Shown in pieces: positions 8,336 to 18,520 of a stretch of 60,000 nucleotides of DNA; position 1 is the first letter of the stretch, and each line of letters begins with the position of its first letter. The notes under the pieces are model-generated. The model was given only the letters and a program-made list of their open reading frames with translations, was not told the origin of the DNA and did not search any database. The DNA is taken from positions 1 to 60,000 of the IMG/VR virus record IMGVR_UViG_3300032246_001735; one strand, 5' to 3'. Made by a program: the position numbers and the translations under genes. The stretch comes from a virus. Its lineage: Duplodnaviria > Caudoviricetes.

Positions 8336-10699
8336 TTAGAGCATATTAAAGCCCATTGACATTACGGTTGCCTGGCCCAGAGTCAATCCGCCTCCGCCAC
8401 CGGTAAAAATTGTTCCATTTATGTATAGATTGCTACTGTCAACTCGAAGACGCTCAGTGGTGCCGGCTGCGATGATCACAGTGTTGGATAAGCCTGCTGT
8501 ACCACTTACACTGCCTATTATGGTATTACCAGTACCTGTGGTAATAGCATTGCCAGCATTATAACCTATACCAATATTGTATTGTCCAGAGGTAACATTT
8601 TGAAGTGCACCTGAACCTAGAGCAGTGTCTGCAAAAGCATTTGAAGTTAGATATAGTGTTTGATAACCCACAGCAACGTTATCGGCTCCAGTAACATTAC
8701 TGTTTAGAGCAAGATAACCAACAGCAATGTTGTCTGTACCAGTAGTATTCGTATCTAAGGCTTGATAACCAAGTGCGGTATTGGTCAATAAAGATCCGGC
8801 ACCGCGACCTATTCGAACACTGTTAAAAGTAGAATCAGCAGTTAATGTCAAAGTACTTTGATAAGCGGGTTGACTAGTTCCAGCACTAACCAGTACTTGA
8901 CCACTAGTTCCCGGGCCAGCAAACGCGGTTACCCCAGGAGCACTTTGATAAACTAACTGCCCTGCAGTTCCTCCTGCTACATAGTTAGCGGTACCACTAA
9001 CTGCGGTAAGTAAAGACATTACTCGAATGATATCACCGGCATTCCTGGCCTGTCCAAATACCACAGTAGATCCGTTAGTAGCAGTATAATCACTGCTAGC
9101 AAGATTTATACCATTAGCAAATACCTGTATTTGTCCAACAGTATATCCTGCAGATACGGTAAATGTGGTTTGACCGGCAGTGGCGGTGAATTCCTGCACA
9201 GTGAATACTGAACCACCGGAAGTTCCTGTACTAACAGGGAATCCATTAACAGTAATTTGTGTAGCAGTGATAGTGCCGCCTACAAATAATCCTCCACCTA
9301 TACCCACACCACCATTAACTACCTGAAGAGCACCTGTTTGAGTTGAATTAACCCCGGTAGAGTTATTAATTGTTAAGGCACCAGTTATTGTTCCACCATT
9401 AAACGAACTACTTAATGTAGTCCACGATATACCATTACCTGTAGAAATTAATACTTGTCCATTAGTTCCCGTAGTACCACCTGCATACAATGCACCACCG
9501 ATAGCTACATTTCCGCCTATACCTACACCACCTACTACCTGCAATGCCCCAGTAATAGTAGATGTTGCACTAGTAGTATTAGTGACTGTGGTTACACCAC
9601 CAATTCTTACCCCTCCTGAGGCCGGGTTTACAGTAAAGGAACTGGTTGTATACACTGGCTCAGATAGTGCAGTAGCATTGTTGGTATCAACAAAGGTTAA
9701 AAAGTAATTGGCGTTAGCAGTCTGTGCTATCGTGTTTACATTAGCAGCTAGGTTTGCAAAACCAACATATGTACTACCGGTGTTTGCCAATGCATACGCT
9801 GTGGCAGCACTTGTGGCCGTTGTAGCTGATCCTACAGTTAGTGTAGACGGGGCGGCCCAAGCAGGTTGCCCATCTCCGCTGCCGTCTGCTACCAATACAT
9901 AACCGGTGGCCCCCAAAGGAAGCCAGGCATTAGGAGCATTTGCGCCGAGCCCGCTATAAGGAATTGCACCTTGGCCGCTAGAGTATATTAAGTATCGTGA
10001 GTTTTCAACTGTGATGAATTGATTACTAACAAATGTAGCTGTGCCTGATGCACCTATCTGCAGCAAAGATCCGTTAACCCCGGTATTAATAAATCTAGTC
10101 ACTCCGGGAGCACTTTGATAAGGAATTGATCCAGCGGCGCCGGCCGCGATATTTGTAGCAGTAGAAGCAGTTCCTGTTAAATTGCCAATGAATGTAGTAG
10201 CTGTAACTACACCACCTACAAATATACTACCACCTACCCCTATGCCACCATTGGTTATCTGTAGTGCACCAGTATTAGTAGAACTGGCGCCTGTTGAATT
10301 ATTGATAATCAGCGGACTAGTGATTGTGCCACCGTTAAAGGAACTGCTCAGTGTGGTCCAAGATATACCATTACCTGTGGAAGTTAATATCTGTCCATTG
10401 GTTCCTGTGGTGCCGTCTGCGTACAGTGCACCGCCTATAGCTATATTCCCTCCTATACCCACACCACCTGTAACTACTAGAGCACCGGTGGTAGTTGATG
10501 TTGCTTGAGTTGAACTTGTGATTGATAGGGCAGTAGTAAATGTTCCACCATTGGCAATGTAATTGATTAAATTGCCTGCAGTTTTATAATAAAGTTTACC
10601 GTCGGAGTAGTTTAGTGCTATCTCACCAAAGGCTAGATCACCTACAAGAGGAACTTTGCCCGCCACGGAGCTTTTTTTAAGAAAAATATTCGGCATCAC
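8336..10699 (-). CDS. Tail fibre protein
   Basis: N-terminal IFLKKS..GEIALNYSDGKLYYK; repeated STTTGALxVxGGxGIGG; C-terminal NTALG..AL..N.TG..N adhesin-head-like repeats. Confidence 0.8.
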   Translation of the reverse strand: MMPNIFLKKSSVAGKVPLVGDLAFGEIALNYSDGKLYYKTAGNLINYIANGGTFTTALSITSSTQATSTTTGALVVTGGVGIGGNIAIGGALYADGTTGTNGQILTSTGNGISWTTLSSSFNGGTITSPLIINNSTGASSTNTGALQITNGGIGVGGSIFVGGVVTATTFIGNLTGTASTATNIAAGAAGSIPYQSAPGVTRFINTGVNGSLLQIGASGTATFVSNQFITVENSRYLIYSSGQGAIPYSGLGANAPNAWLPLGATGYVLVADGSGDGQPAWAAPSTLTVGSATTATSAATAYALANTGSTYVGFANLAANVNTIAQTANANYFLTFVDTNNATALSEPVYTTSSFTVNPASGGVRIGGVTTVTNTTSATSTITGALQVVGGVGIGGNVAIGGALYAGGTTGTNGQVLISTGNGISWTTLSSSFNGGTITGALTINNSTGVNSTQTGALQVVNGGVGIGGGLFVGGTITATQITVNGFPVSTGTSGGSVFTVQEFTATAGQTTFTVSAGYTVGQIQVFANGINLASSDYTATNGSTVVFGQARNAGDIIRVMSLLTAVSGTANYVAGGTAGQLVYQSAPGVTAFAGPGTSGQVLVSAGTSQPAYQSTLTLTADSTFNSVRIGRGAGSLLTNTALGYQALDTNTTGTDNIAVGYLALNSNVTGADNVAVGYQTLYLTSNAFADTALGSGALQNVTSGQYNIGIGYNAGNAITTGTGNTIIGSVSGTAGLSNTVIIAAGTTERLRVDSSNLYINGTIFTGGGGGLTLGQATVMSMGFNML

Positions 10700-10756
10700 A
10701 TACCCTAAAAAGGATCAACCGGGAGAATAAAAATTCTCCCTTATTTCAAAAATTAT

Positions 10757-13700
10757 TTAGTAAGTACCACCATCAATATCGCTATAAATCAAAGCATTAC
10801 CCGCAGTGTTGACCTGTAAAACTTGACCTTGAGTACCTAGTGCTAGATAAGCAGTTGTTCCGGCAACACTTTGATATACCAGTTGATAACTGCCGCTGCC
10901 GCCTGTTAGGTTTGTCGCATTGGTAGCAATTCCTACCATTATGCTACTTGTAGTAACGAATGTTGCTGTACTACTAGCACCCATTTGCAGTAAGGACCCA
11001 ACAGTGCCGGTTCCTATGAACTGAGTAACACCACTAGCACTTTGATAATTTATCGCACCTGCAGTACCACCTGAGATGTTTGTAGCATTAGTAGCATTAA
11101 CTGCCTGGTTAGCAAATCCTACATAAGTTGTTGATGTATTGGCCAATGCGTATGCGGTAGCGGCACTTGTGGCTGTTGTGGCATTTGCAGCCAAGTTAGC
11201 AAATCCAACATATGTAGTACCAGTGTTAGCCAGGGCATATGCAGTTGCAGCACTGGTAGCAGTTGTGGCATTAACTGCTTGATTGGCAAAACCAACATAT
11301 GTAGTTGATGTATTAGCCAGAGCATATGCAGTTGCAGCACTTGTGGCTGTTGTGGCATTAACTGCCTGGTTAGCAAATCCTACATAAGTTGTTGATGTAT
11401 TGGCTAATGCATATGCAGTAGCGGCACTTGTGGCTGTTGTGGCATTTGAAGCATTAGTAGCATTAACTGCCTGGTTAGCAAAACCAACATATGTAGTTGA
11501 TGTGTTAGCCAGGGCATAAGCAGTAGCAGCACTTGTGGCTGTTGTGGCATTTGCTGCTTGGTTAGCAAAACCAACATATGTAGTTGATGTATTGGCCAGG
11601 GCATATGCAGTAGCAGCACTTGTGGCTGTTGTAGCATTTGCTGCTTGGTTAGCAAATCCCACATATGTAGTCGATGTGTTAGCCAGGGCATATGCAGTTG
11701 CAGCACTGGTAGCCGTTGTGGCATTTGCTGCTAGATTAGCGAATCCAACATAGATACTACTAGTATTAGTAAATATCGGTCCAGAAGCACTAGCACCTTG
11801 GCTTACTAATAGCTGTCCTGCTGTACCTGGTCCATAAAAACTAGTTGCACCTGGACCAGTTTGATAAGGAACTTGCCCTGCGGTTCCGCCTGTTATATTA
11901 GTGGCTGTAGTAATACTACCAGAAATTGTAGCATTAATAGTTCCGCTAACAGTTAAATTACCGCCAACAAACATGTTGCCGCCAACGCCAACACCCCCCG
12001 CAACTACAAGAGCGCCTGTAGTAGTGTTAGAACTTGCAGTGGTATTAGTTAATACAATACCGCCGGTTTTAAATGTGCCGTAAACTGTACCTGTGAAAAC
12101 ACTAGATGTCGATTCTGCACCTTTTAGGTACCACTCTAGATAACCAGTATCATTAGCAAAACCTAGGAAACTGTCATTATCTGCGCCATCAATATAATTG
12201 TGAAATACGAATCCAATATCCTTGCCATCGTTAACTGTCCAAGCACCGCTGACTCCGCCTGTAGGAGTATGCAGGTTAAGAATATTGTCAGTAATAACTG
12301 TTTGAGTGGAAAATACATATGTAGTTGTTCCATTAAACACAACATCATTTTGGAATACTGCAGGACCTTTTACATATATAGATCCATCAACACCGATGCC
12401 GCCTGCTACATATAGTGCATTGTTAGCCACTGTTGTAGTGCTGGCCATAGTGCTCAGTATTGTGGCACTGTTTCCAACGAATAAATTACCTCCAATTCCA
12501 ACACCGCCGCGAACTTGGAATGCACCGGTACTAGTGGATGTGGCCTGAGTAGTATTTGTTACCGTACTAACAGCACTAAATGATCCAGCAGTAGCGGTTA
12601 CGGTACCACCGTTAACATTAGTAGCATTAACTGCCTGGTTAGCAAAACCAACATATGTAGTTGATGTATTAGCCAGGGCATAAGCAGTAGCAGCACTGGT
12701 AGCAGTTGTGGCATTAGTAGCATTGACTGCTTGATTGGCAAATCCAACATATGTAGTTGATGTGTTAGCCAGGGCATATGCAGTAGCAGCACTTGTGGCT
12801 GTAGTAGCATTTGCTGCTAGATTGGCAAAGCCAACATATGTAGTGCTAGTGTTAGCCAGGGCATATGCAGTAGCAGCACTTGTGGCTGTTGTGGCATTGA
12901 CTGCCTGATTAGCAAATCCTACATATGTAGTTGATGTGTTAGCCAAAGCATATGCAGTAGCAGCACTGGTAGCAGTTGTGGCATTAGTAGCATTAGTGGC
13001 ATTGACCGCCTGATTAGCAAATCCAACATATGTAGTTGATGTGTTAGCCAGTGCATATGCAGTAGCAGCACTTGTGGCTGTAGTAGCATTAACTGCTTGA
13101 TTGGCAAACCCGACATATGTAGTGCTAGTATTAGCCAGTGCATATGCAGTAGCAGCACTTGTGGCTGTTGTAGCATTGGCTGCTTGATTGGCAAACCCGA
13201 CATATGTAGTGCTAGTATTAGCCAGTGCATATGCAGTAGCAGCACTTGTGGCCGTAGTGGCATTGGTAGCATTAACTGCTTGATTGGCAAAGCCAACATA
13301 TGTAGTACCAGTATTGGCTAGTGCGTATGCAGTAGCAGCACTGGTAGCAGTTGTGGCATTAACTGCTTGGTTAGCGAACCCGACATATGTAGTTGATGTA
13401 TTGGCTAATGAGTAAGCAGTAGCAGCACTGGTAGCAGTTGTGGCATTAACTGCTTGACCGGCAAATCCAACATAGATACTACTTGATGAAACAAATGTTG
13501 CTGTATTGCTAGCACCCATCTGCAGTAAGGACCCCACAGTACCTGTTCCAATGAACTGAGTAACACCGCTAGCACTTTGATAATGCAGTGCACCTGCGGT
13601 GCCACCTGAAATATTTGTAGCAGAACCTGCAGCAAGAGCATAACCTACTACTAGTGTGGAAGTTGATGCCCAAGTTGCTGTAGAGCCGCTGCTTAACAGT

Positions 13701-14278
13701 ATCTGTCCAGCAGAACCTGCAATGATAAAGGATGTGGCACCAGCAGCAGTCTGGATGGGGATATACCCAGCAAGACCACCTGCTATATTAGTAGCAGTTG
13801 TTGAAGCAGCAGCATTTGCCCAGGATAAGTTTCCAGCGCCATCTGTGGTTAATACATAGCCCGCTGTTCCATTTGTAGTCGGAAATGAGTATGCGCTGTA
13901 GAATGTTATCTTACCAGAACCTGCCGGAGTTAGTTTAATATCTCCGTTACTGTTTGTAGAACTAATGGTATTTGTAGAACCAGTAACTGTAATATTACCC
14001 ACGTTGATAATATCAATTTTACTACTAGAATCTACTACGATCGCAGAACTAGCAGTTAGTGTTCCCGGGACTTGATCCAACATATCGGTAAAATACTTAC
14101 CGCCAATCACTAGATGATTCGCAGCATTCCCGCCGGTTTCTGTACCTTGACCAATATATAAGCGATCACCACCGTTAGATTGTGTGCCAGCAAGTGCCGA
14201 GTAGGCTAATTCTCCCGTTGCCAGTGTACCCGGATTTCCGCTCGTATCCGACCGTTTAATTCTGATAGTTGTTGCCAC
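10757..14278 (-). CDS. Long tail fibre protein with ~18 copies of a 29-aa repeat
   Basis: N-terminal TIRIKRS..LATGELAYS; repeat ANTSTTYVGFANQAVNATTATSAATAYAL; C-terminal IDGGTY; GTG start. Confidence 0.8.
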   Translation of the reverse strand: MATTIRIKRSDTSGNPGTLATGELAYSALAGTQSNGGDRLYIGQGTETGGNAANHLVIGGKYFTDMLDQVPGTLTASSAIVVDSSSKIDIINVGNITVTGSTNTISSTNSNGDIKLTPAGSGKITFYSAYSFPTTNGTAGYVLTTDGAGNLSWANAAASTTATNIAGGLAGYIPIQTAAGATSFIIAGSAGQILLSSGSTATWASTSTLVVGYALAAGSATNISGGTAGALHYQSASGVTQFIGTGTVGSLLQMGASNTATFVSSSSIYVGFAGQAVNATTATSAATAYSLANTSTTYVGFANQAVNATTATSAATAYALANTGTTYVGFANQAVNATNATTATSAATAYALANTSTTYVGFANQAANATTATSAATAYALANTSTTYVGFANQAVNATTATSAATAYALANTSTTYVGFANQAVNATNATNATTATSAATAYALANTSTTYVGFANQAVNATTATSAATAYALANTSTTYVGFANLAANATTATSAATAYALANTSTTYVGFANQAVNATNATTATSAATAYALANTSTTYVGFANQAVNATNVNGGTVTATAGSFSAVSTVTNTTQATSTSTGAFQVRGGVGIGGNLFVGNSATILSTMASTTTVANNALYVAGGIGVDGSIYVKGPAVFQNDVVFNGTTTYVFSTQTVITDNILNLHTPTGGVSGAWTVNDGKDIGFVFHNYIDGADNDSFLGFANDTGYLEWYLKGAESTSSVFTGTVYGTFKTGGIVLTNTTASSNTTTGALVVAGGVGVGGNMFVGGNLTVSGTINATISGSITTATNITGGTAGQVPYQTGPGATSFYGPGTAGQLLVSQGASASGPIFTNTSSIYVGFANLAANATTATSAATAYALANTSTTYVGFANQAANATTATSAATAYALANTSTTYVGFANQAANATTATSAATAYALANTSTTYVGFANQAVNATNASNATTATSAATAYALANTSTTYVGFANQAVNATTATSAATAYALANTSTTYVGFANQAVNATTATSAATAYALANTGTTYVGFANLAANATTATSAATAYALANTSTTYVGFANQAVNATNATNISGGTAGAINYQSASGVTQFIGTGTVGSLLQMGASSTATFVTTSSIMVGIATNATNLTGGSGSYQLVYQSVAGTTAYLALGTQGQVLQVNTAGNALIYSDIDGGTY
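11090..11760 (-). repeat. Coding tandem repeat block (~8 units of 87 bp, some with extra 9-bp units)
   Basis: 8 YVGFA-containing units in the translation; boundaries approximate. Confidence 0.85.
12620..13475 (-). repeat. Coding tandem repeat block (~10 units of 87 bp, some with extra 9-bp units)
   Basis: 10 YVGFA-containing units in the translation; boundaries approximate. Confidence 0.85.
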
Positions 14279-14298
14279 TTACAATCTCCCGTAGTTCT

Positions 14299-14598
14299 TT
14301 AAAAATGACCGCCGTCCATACTTTGCTTTGTAAGATCTTTGGTTGCGACCCACTTATTTATGCTGATATCGTAAACAAGCACAGAGCCATCAGCAGGATC
14401 AACTGCTACAACATCGGTCATGTCTCCTAATTTAGTGGTACTATTGGCATAACTTATATCATTCCAGTGATTGACTCCGTTGCCTATTTTAAATTTACCG
14501 GTATCAGTCTCTGCAGCCAATTCGCCGTCTGCAAGTATTGGATTTGCAATAGTCCACTGTGCTGCAAAGCCACGCCGTATTTGTATTCTAACAGCCAT
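14299..14598 (-). CDS. Small protein with Mtd_N (major tropism determinant N-terminal)-like domain
   Basis: RIQIRRG.AAQWT.ANPILADGE..ETDTGKFKIGNG; ends MDGGHF. Confidence 0.8.
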   Translation of the reverse strand: MAVRIQIRRGFAAQWTIANPILADGELAAETDTGKFKIGNGVNHWNDISYANSTTKLGDMTDVVAVDPADGSVLVYDISINKWVATKDLTKQSMDGGHF

Positions 14599-15353
14599 TA
14601 AATTCCGCCTCCGTCTACCGGATCTAATCCACCATATACCGAATTTGGAGTCCCGCCGTCTAAATTACCGAATCCTAGTGCCTCTATAGTTATCGTTTTA
14701 TAGGGCGATGCGGCAGGATCTGTGGTTATGGTAATTGCGTTACCCGCTACAAATTCTATAATATCTTCTCCACTGGCCACTAGATCCGTAGAACTGTTAA
14801 CTTTTATAGTTTTAAAAGTACTCGAAACTCCTACAGTACCAGTATTGGCATTTAATGTACCATCAGGGCCAATAGTTAAATTTGTACCAACTTTAATGCC
14901 ACCTAGTGTTGAAGTAGTAGCAGCAGGTAATGTATACGAACTGGTACTTACTGAGGATAATGTTCCATCACCACTGATACTAAGTCCAGCACCTACCTTA
15001 ACTCCGCCTAGTACACTGCCTGTAGCAGTGTTTAACACATAGGGTGCTGGTGTATTGGTTAAATCATTATAATTGCCACTAAATGGTGCTGCGACAGAAA
15101 TAGTGCCATCTGCGGTAATTGAGACATTGGCACCGATCTTGACGCCACCTAGTCTAGTATTTGTGGCTGTAACCAGTACATAGGTGCCAGTGCCACTGCC
15201 CCCACTAGTGAACAGTATTCCCCCAGGAGTATGCCCGTCACTGAGTCTTAATTCGGGTGTGTCTTCGTCGTAGAATATCGTGCCCTTTTCACCTACATAG
15301 GTAGGGGCCTGAACGGTAATTATTCTACCTGATTTTATTTTTTGTACGGGCAC
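14598..15353 (-). CDS. Fibre protein with three AT..LGGVKVG..DGT repeats
   Basis: Three repeats visible in the translation; ends VDGGGI; GTG start. Confidence 0.7.
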   Translation of the reverse strand: MPVQKIKSGRIITVQAPTYVGEKGTIFYDEDTPELRLSDGHTPGGILFTSGGSGTGTYVLVTATNTRLGGVKIGANVSITADGTISVAAPFSGNYNDLTNTPAPYVLNTATGSVLGGVKVGAGLSISGDGTLSSVSTSSYTLPAATTSTLGGIKVGTNLTIGPDGTLNANTGTVGVSSTFKTIKVNSSTDLVASGEDIIEFVAGNAITITTDPAASPYKTITIEALGFGNLDGGTPNSVYGGLDPVDGGGI

Positions 15354-15395
15354 ACTAAATCTTCCAGTTTAGTGTATTTACCGTTTGAACCCGGA

Positions 15396-15740
15396 CTAGT
15401 CTTCTTGCAGTGTACTGCGAAATTCGTCAGTTAATAGGTCAAGGCTTTCAGAGACATCAAACTCTGTCTGTTCTGCAACTTCTTCATTAGATTCTTCAGA
15501 ATAGGCACCATTGTCGTCGAGTATTTGACTGAGTACTTTACTACGCTTGCCTTCTTGGTGCTTGAGTAATTCTAGTTGTTGCTGTAATGGAAACACATTA
15601 ACAGGAGCCGGGGGTAGTTCTTTTTCTGGGGCAGAGGCCACAACCGGATCACCGCTACCTGACGGTATAGTAATAGTAATAGGAATATTGATAGTAACTA
15701 CTTTACCGTCAGATTCTGATAAAAATTCTCTTGCTCTCAT
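15396..15740 (-). CDS. Hypothetical protein
   Basis: 114 aa, starts MRAREFLSE; TAAATA 7 nt upstream of the ATG. Confidence 0.65.
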   Translation of the reverse strand: MRAREFLSESDGKVVTINIPITITIPSGSGDPVVASAPEKELPPAPVNVFPLQQQLELLKHQEGKRSKVLSQILDDNGAYSEESNEEVAEQTEFDVSESLDLLTDEFRSTLQED

Positions 15741-15772
15741 AGTATATTATTTACCAAAAGCGGCAGCAGTTA

Positions 15773-16318
15773 TTAGAACCGGCGTATGTATGCAAAGTTC
15801 CATGAATTTTGTTCAAGGTCCCCACGCTGATAATCATAGCGAATACTTAATATATCATTTTTAGTTAACTCATAGGCTAAACCTATTCGTGTGGTATTTG
15901 TACGCTCGTTTACGGATCCATTAAATCCATCTCGCATACGATAACCCAGCCTAAAATCCCAATCTTTAGCAAAAGGAATAACAATCCCCGGCTCAATACC
16001 GTAATACTCTCTGTTGCCCGTGCTGGACAATCGTTGTCCCACTGCAAACTTGGTGTAAAATGTTCCAAATCCTAGATCGTATCTAGGCGTTAGCCCAAAT
16101 TCGTATCTAGAAGTAACAGCATTGGTTTTATCGGCCTGAGTTACCAGCATCTGTGCCGAGGCATCTAGATTTTTAGCGACCTGCTCGCTGACCTGAATTA
16201 AATATCCCTCCGAATCTGGGCGGTTGGATACATTTGCATGGGATCCTTCAACTATGAATGATCCAGCGTGGGCAAGACCGGAACAAATTAATAATGCCAC
16301 TGCTAATAATTTTTTCAT
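15773..16318 (-). CDS. Putative outer-membrane beta-barrel (porin-like) protein
   Basis: Start refined to MKKLLAVALLICSGLAHA (signal peptide); alternating beta strands; C-terminal beta-signal NFAYIRRF. Confidence 0.7.
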   Translation of the reverse strand: MKKLLAVALLICSGLAHAGSFIVEGSHANVSNRPDSEGYLIQVSEQVAKNLDASAQMLVTQADKTNAVTSRYEFGLTPRYDLGFGTFYTKFAVGQRLSSTGNREYYGIEPGIVIPFAKDWDFRLGYRMRDGFNGSVNERTNTTRIGLAYELTKNDILSIRYDYQRGDLEQNSWNFAYIRRF

Positions 16319-16319
16319 A

Positions 16320-17255
16320 TTATTTCCTTGATGTTTTAATATATTCAATAAAGTTAGTCTGTTGTTTAATAGACTCTGCTACGCTTTGATTGGCCTGATC
16401 CGCAAGCCGAGGTTCTAAAACTAATCCAGTGGTTCTAATGAGTTGAACAAACTTAGGATTGGTCATTAATTTTTTAACTGCTCTATCAATTTGCTGAAGT
16501 GTACTAGAATCGCTGGTAACATTACTTAGCAGTAGCCATTTGGCATTTTGTGGCATTGTGATACCTTGTTCGGCAAATGTTGGTATACCGGGACTAGTTT
16601 CAACTCTTTGCGGCTGAATGATTGCTATAACTTCAACATTTCCTGCGGCCATTTGATTTTCTAGGCTGGCCAAATTGGACCACATAGCATCAATGTGTCC
16701 TCCGATTAGATTATGTAGCATTTCATTAACACCTTTATAGGGTACCGCCACAATTGGAGTAGTGGGCATCTGATTTTTAAATAACCAATTGTAGTAATGA
16801 TGTGCTCCACCATAACCATTAATTCCAATGTTAATGGGTTTGCCCTTATAATTTCTTAGATCATTTATGGTCTTAATTGGGCTGTCCTTACGAACTGCTA
16901 GACCTATGCTGGTTGTAACTCCTAACTGTGTAACGTATCTAAAATCATCTGGGCCGATATCATCGTGTAGTAAAATAACATTGCTAACTGCCATAGCATC
17001 AATAATGGTGATTAAAACTTCATCATTTTTGGCCTGTGCTATTTGTTTTAGTCCTAGATAACCTGCTGCTCCCGGTTTTAGTTCAATAATAATCCTACGA
17101 TTTAATTCTTCTTCGAGTGCTTCAGCAAATCTGCGATTAAGATTGTCTACCAATCCACCTATGCCAAAAGGTATAACAATTTTTACGGGTTTCTGCTGTG
17201 CCTGTGCCGTGAGTGTAAACAACAATAACACTACAGCCATTATTCTATTAAACAT
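16320..17255 (-). CDS. Bug/TctC family tripartite tricarboxylate transporter substrate-binding protein
   Basis: Signal peptide; PVKIVIPF..GG..D..R, KPGAAG, VPYKG, L.GG.IDA, PTFAEQG motifs. Confidence 0.88.
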   Translation of the reverse strand: MFNRIMAVVLLLFTLTAQAQQKPVKIVIPFGIGGLVDNLNRRFAEALEEELNRRIIIELKPGAAGYLGLKQIAQAKNDEVLITIIDAMAVSNVILLHDDIGPDDFRYVTQLGVTTSIGLAVRKDSPIKTINDLRNYKGKPINIGINGYGGAHHYYNWLFKNQMPTTPIVAVPYKGVNEMLHNLIGGHIDAMWSNLASLENQMAAGNVEVIAIIQPQRVETSPGIPTFAEQGITMPQNAKWLLLSNVTSDSSTLQQIDRAVKKLMTNPKFVQLIRTTGLVLEPRLADQANQSVAESIKQQTNFIEYIKTSRK

Positions 17256-18520
17256 ATTGATTCCTCATATTTTCCATCTGTGGGTAACTGTGTTCTATAT
17301 TCTGTGATACGTATACAATCAAATCCCAGAGTCTTGCGAAATATCTCCAACAGTTGTTCCTTGACTTCTGAAGATAGCGGCTGGTCCGTAACTAGTTTGT
17401 ATTCAATGTCCTCTAGACTGTGTTGTATGATCTGCCATTGATTAATTTTAACAATCTTTGCGGCTGAGTATTGTCCTGCCATAGGCCAATATCTGTCACC
17501 ATTTGCCCTACGGAATAATCCGCGTTCACGACCCACAATCTGTTTCAGCGTGGGCATATTGCGGCCGCAGGGGCAGGCTCCTCCCACTTCGGCATAATCT
17601 CCTATGTCATAGCGTATCAAAGGATTCATTGTATTGTAAAAATCTGTAACCACAACACGACCCACCTCCCCTTGTTTACAGGGCAGACCTGCTTCATTTA
17701 ATACTTCTACTATTAGTGTTTCGGCCATTGTGTGCTGTAGACCTGTGCCCGGACATTCAAGGCTAATACAATTTACTTCGTTGCTGGAATATATATCTTC
17801 TATATCTAGGCCAGTGATTTTTTTAACTCTTTGTCTTAGATCAGGTTGTAGTGTTTCCCCTACATTTTTAATATGTTTGAGGTTGAGTGTATAACCTTCT
17901 GTTTCCCAAATTGAACACAAGACATTTAATACACCCGCGTGTACACTCAGCATATCTGGATTAAACTTTTTCAGGTATTCATTCTGTTCTCGCACAGGAA
18001 TGTTTAAGGGAATGCCCACAGCCGGTCCTGTTTCATACAAGTGGCTAATATGGCCTCCCCAGTTGGGCGCTTCTTCATATTCTCTGTTGTTGGCACGTAT
18101 GCTGGCCAATCTATACTTGTAGTCGTGTTTCCACCAGCGGTGTTCTCGAGCAGCAATAGCACCAAAGAACAATTGATTCATTTGTGTCTTGTAGATGGTA
18201 ACAGGTTCGCCTGTTCGACCACTGGTCTGTGCTTTGAGTATAGGTGCGTGACTGGGCGGTACTGCTAGACTGTTAAAAGAATACCCTGCTTGTTGTATAT
18301 CTCGTTTGGTTATGGGAGTAAGTCTCTTGAGACCTTCTAGTGTGCTAACATCTTTAGCAGTAAGAGTTTGATCTGCTAATCTTTTTTTAAAATGAGGATT
18401 GTATTGACTGTGATGATCTACAATACGAGCCAAACAAGCGGTCTGTCTACTCTCTATTTGTTCCGGTGTATGCCATTCTGATTCTTCTAATTTTTTAATT
18501 AATTCTTCTAGTGTTATCAT
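17240..18520 (-). CDS. Phenylacetate-CoA ligase (PaaK)/F390 synthetase-like adenylate-forming enzyme
   Basis: TSGRTGEP loop, YSSNE, GEVGRVVVTD.YN..PLIRYDIGD, CPCGR..P.L..IVGR. Confidence 0.85.
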   Translation of the reverse strand: MITLEELIKKLEESEWHTPEQIESRQTACLARIVDHHSQYNPHFKKRLADQTLTAKDVSTLEGLKRLTPITKRDIQQAGYSFNSLAVPPSHAPILKAQTSGRTGEPVTIYKTQMNQLFFGAIAAREHRWWKHDYKYRLASIRANNREYEEAPNWGGHISHLYETGPAVGIPLNIPVREQNEYLKKFNPDMLSVHAGVLNVLCSIWETEGYTLNLKHIKNVGETLQPDLRQRVKKITGLDIEDIYSSNEVNCISLECPGTGLQHTMAETLIVEVLNEAGLPCKQGEVGRVVVTDFYNTMNPLIRYDIGDYAEVGGACPCGRNMPTLKQIVGRERGLFRRANGDRYWPMAGQYSAAKIVKINQWQIIQHSLEDIEYKLVTDQPLSSEVKEQLLEIFRKTLGFDCIRITEYRTQLPTDGKYEESICLIE

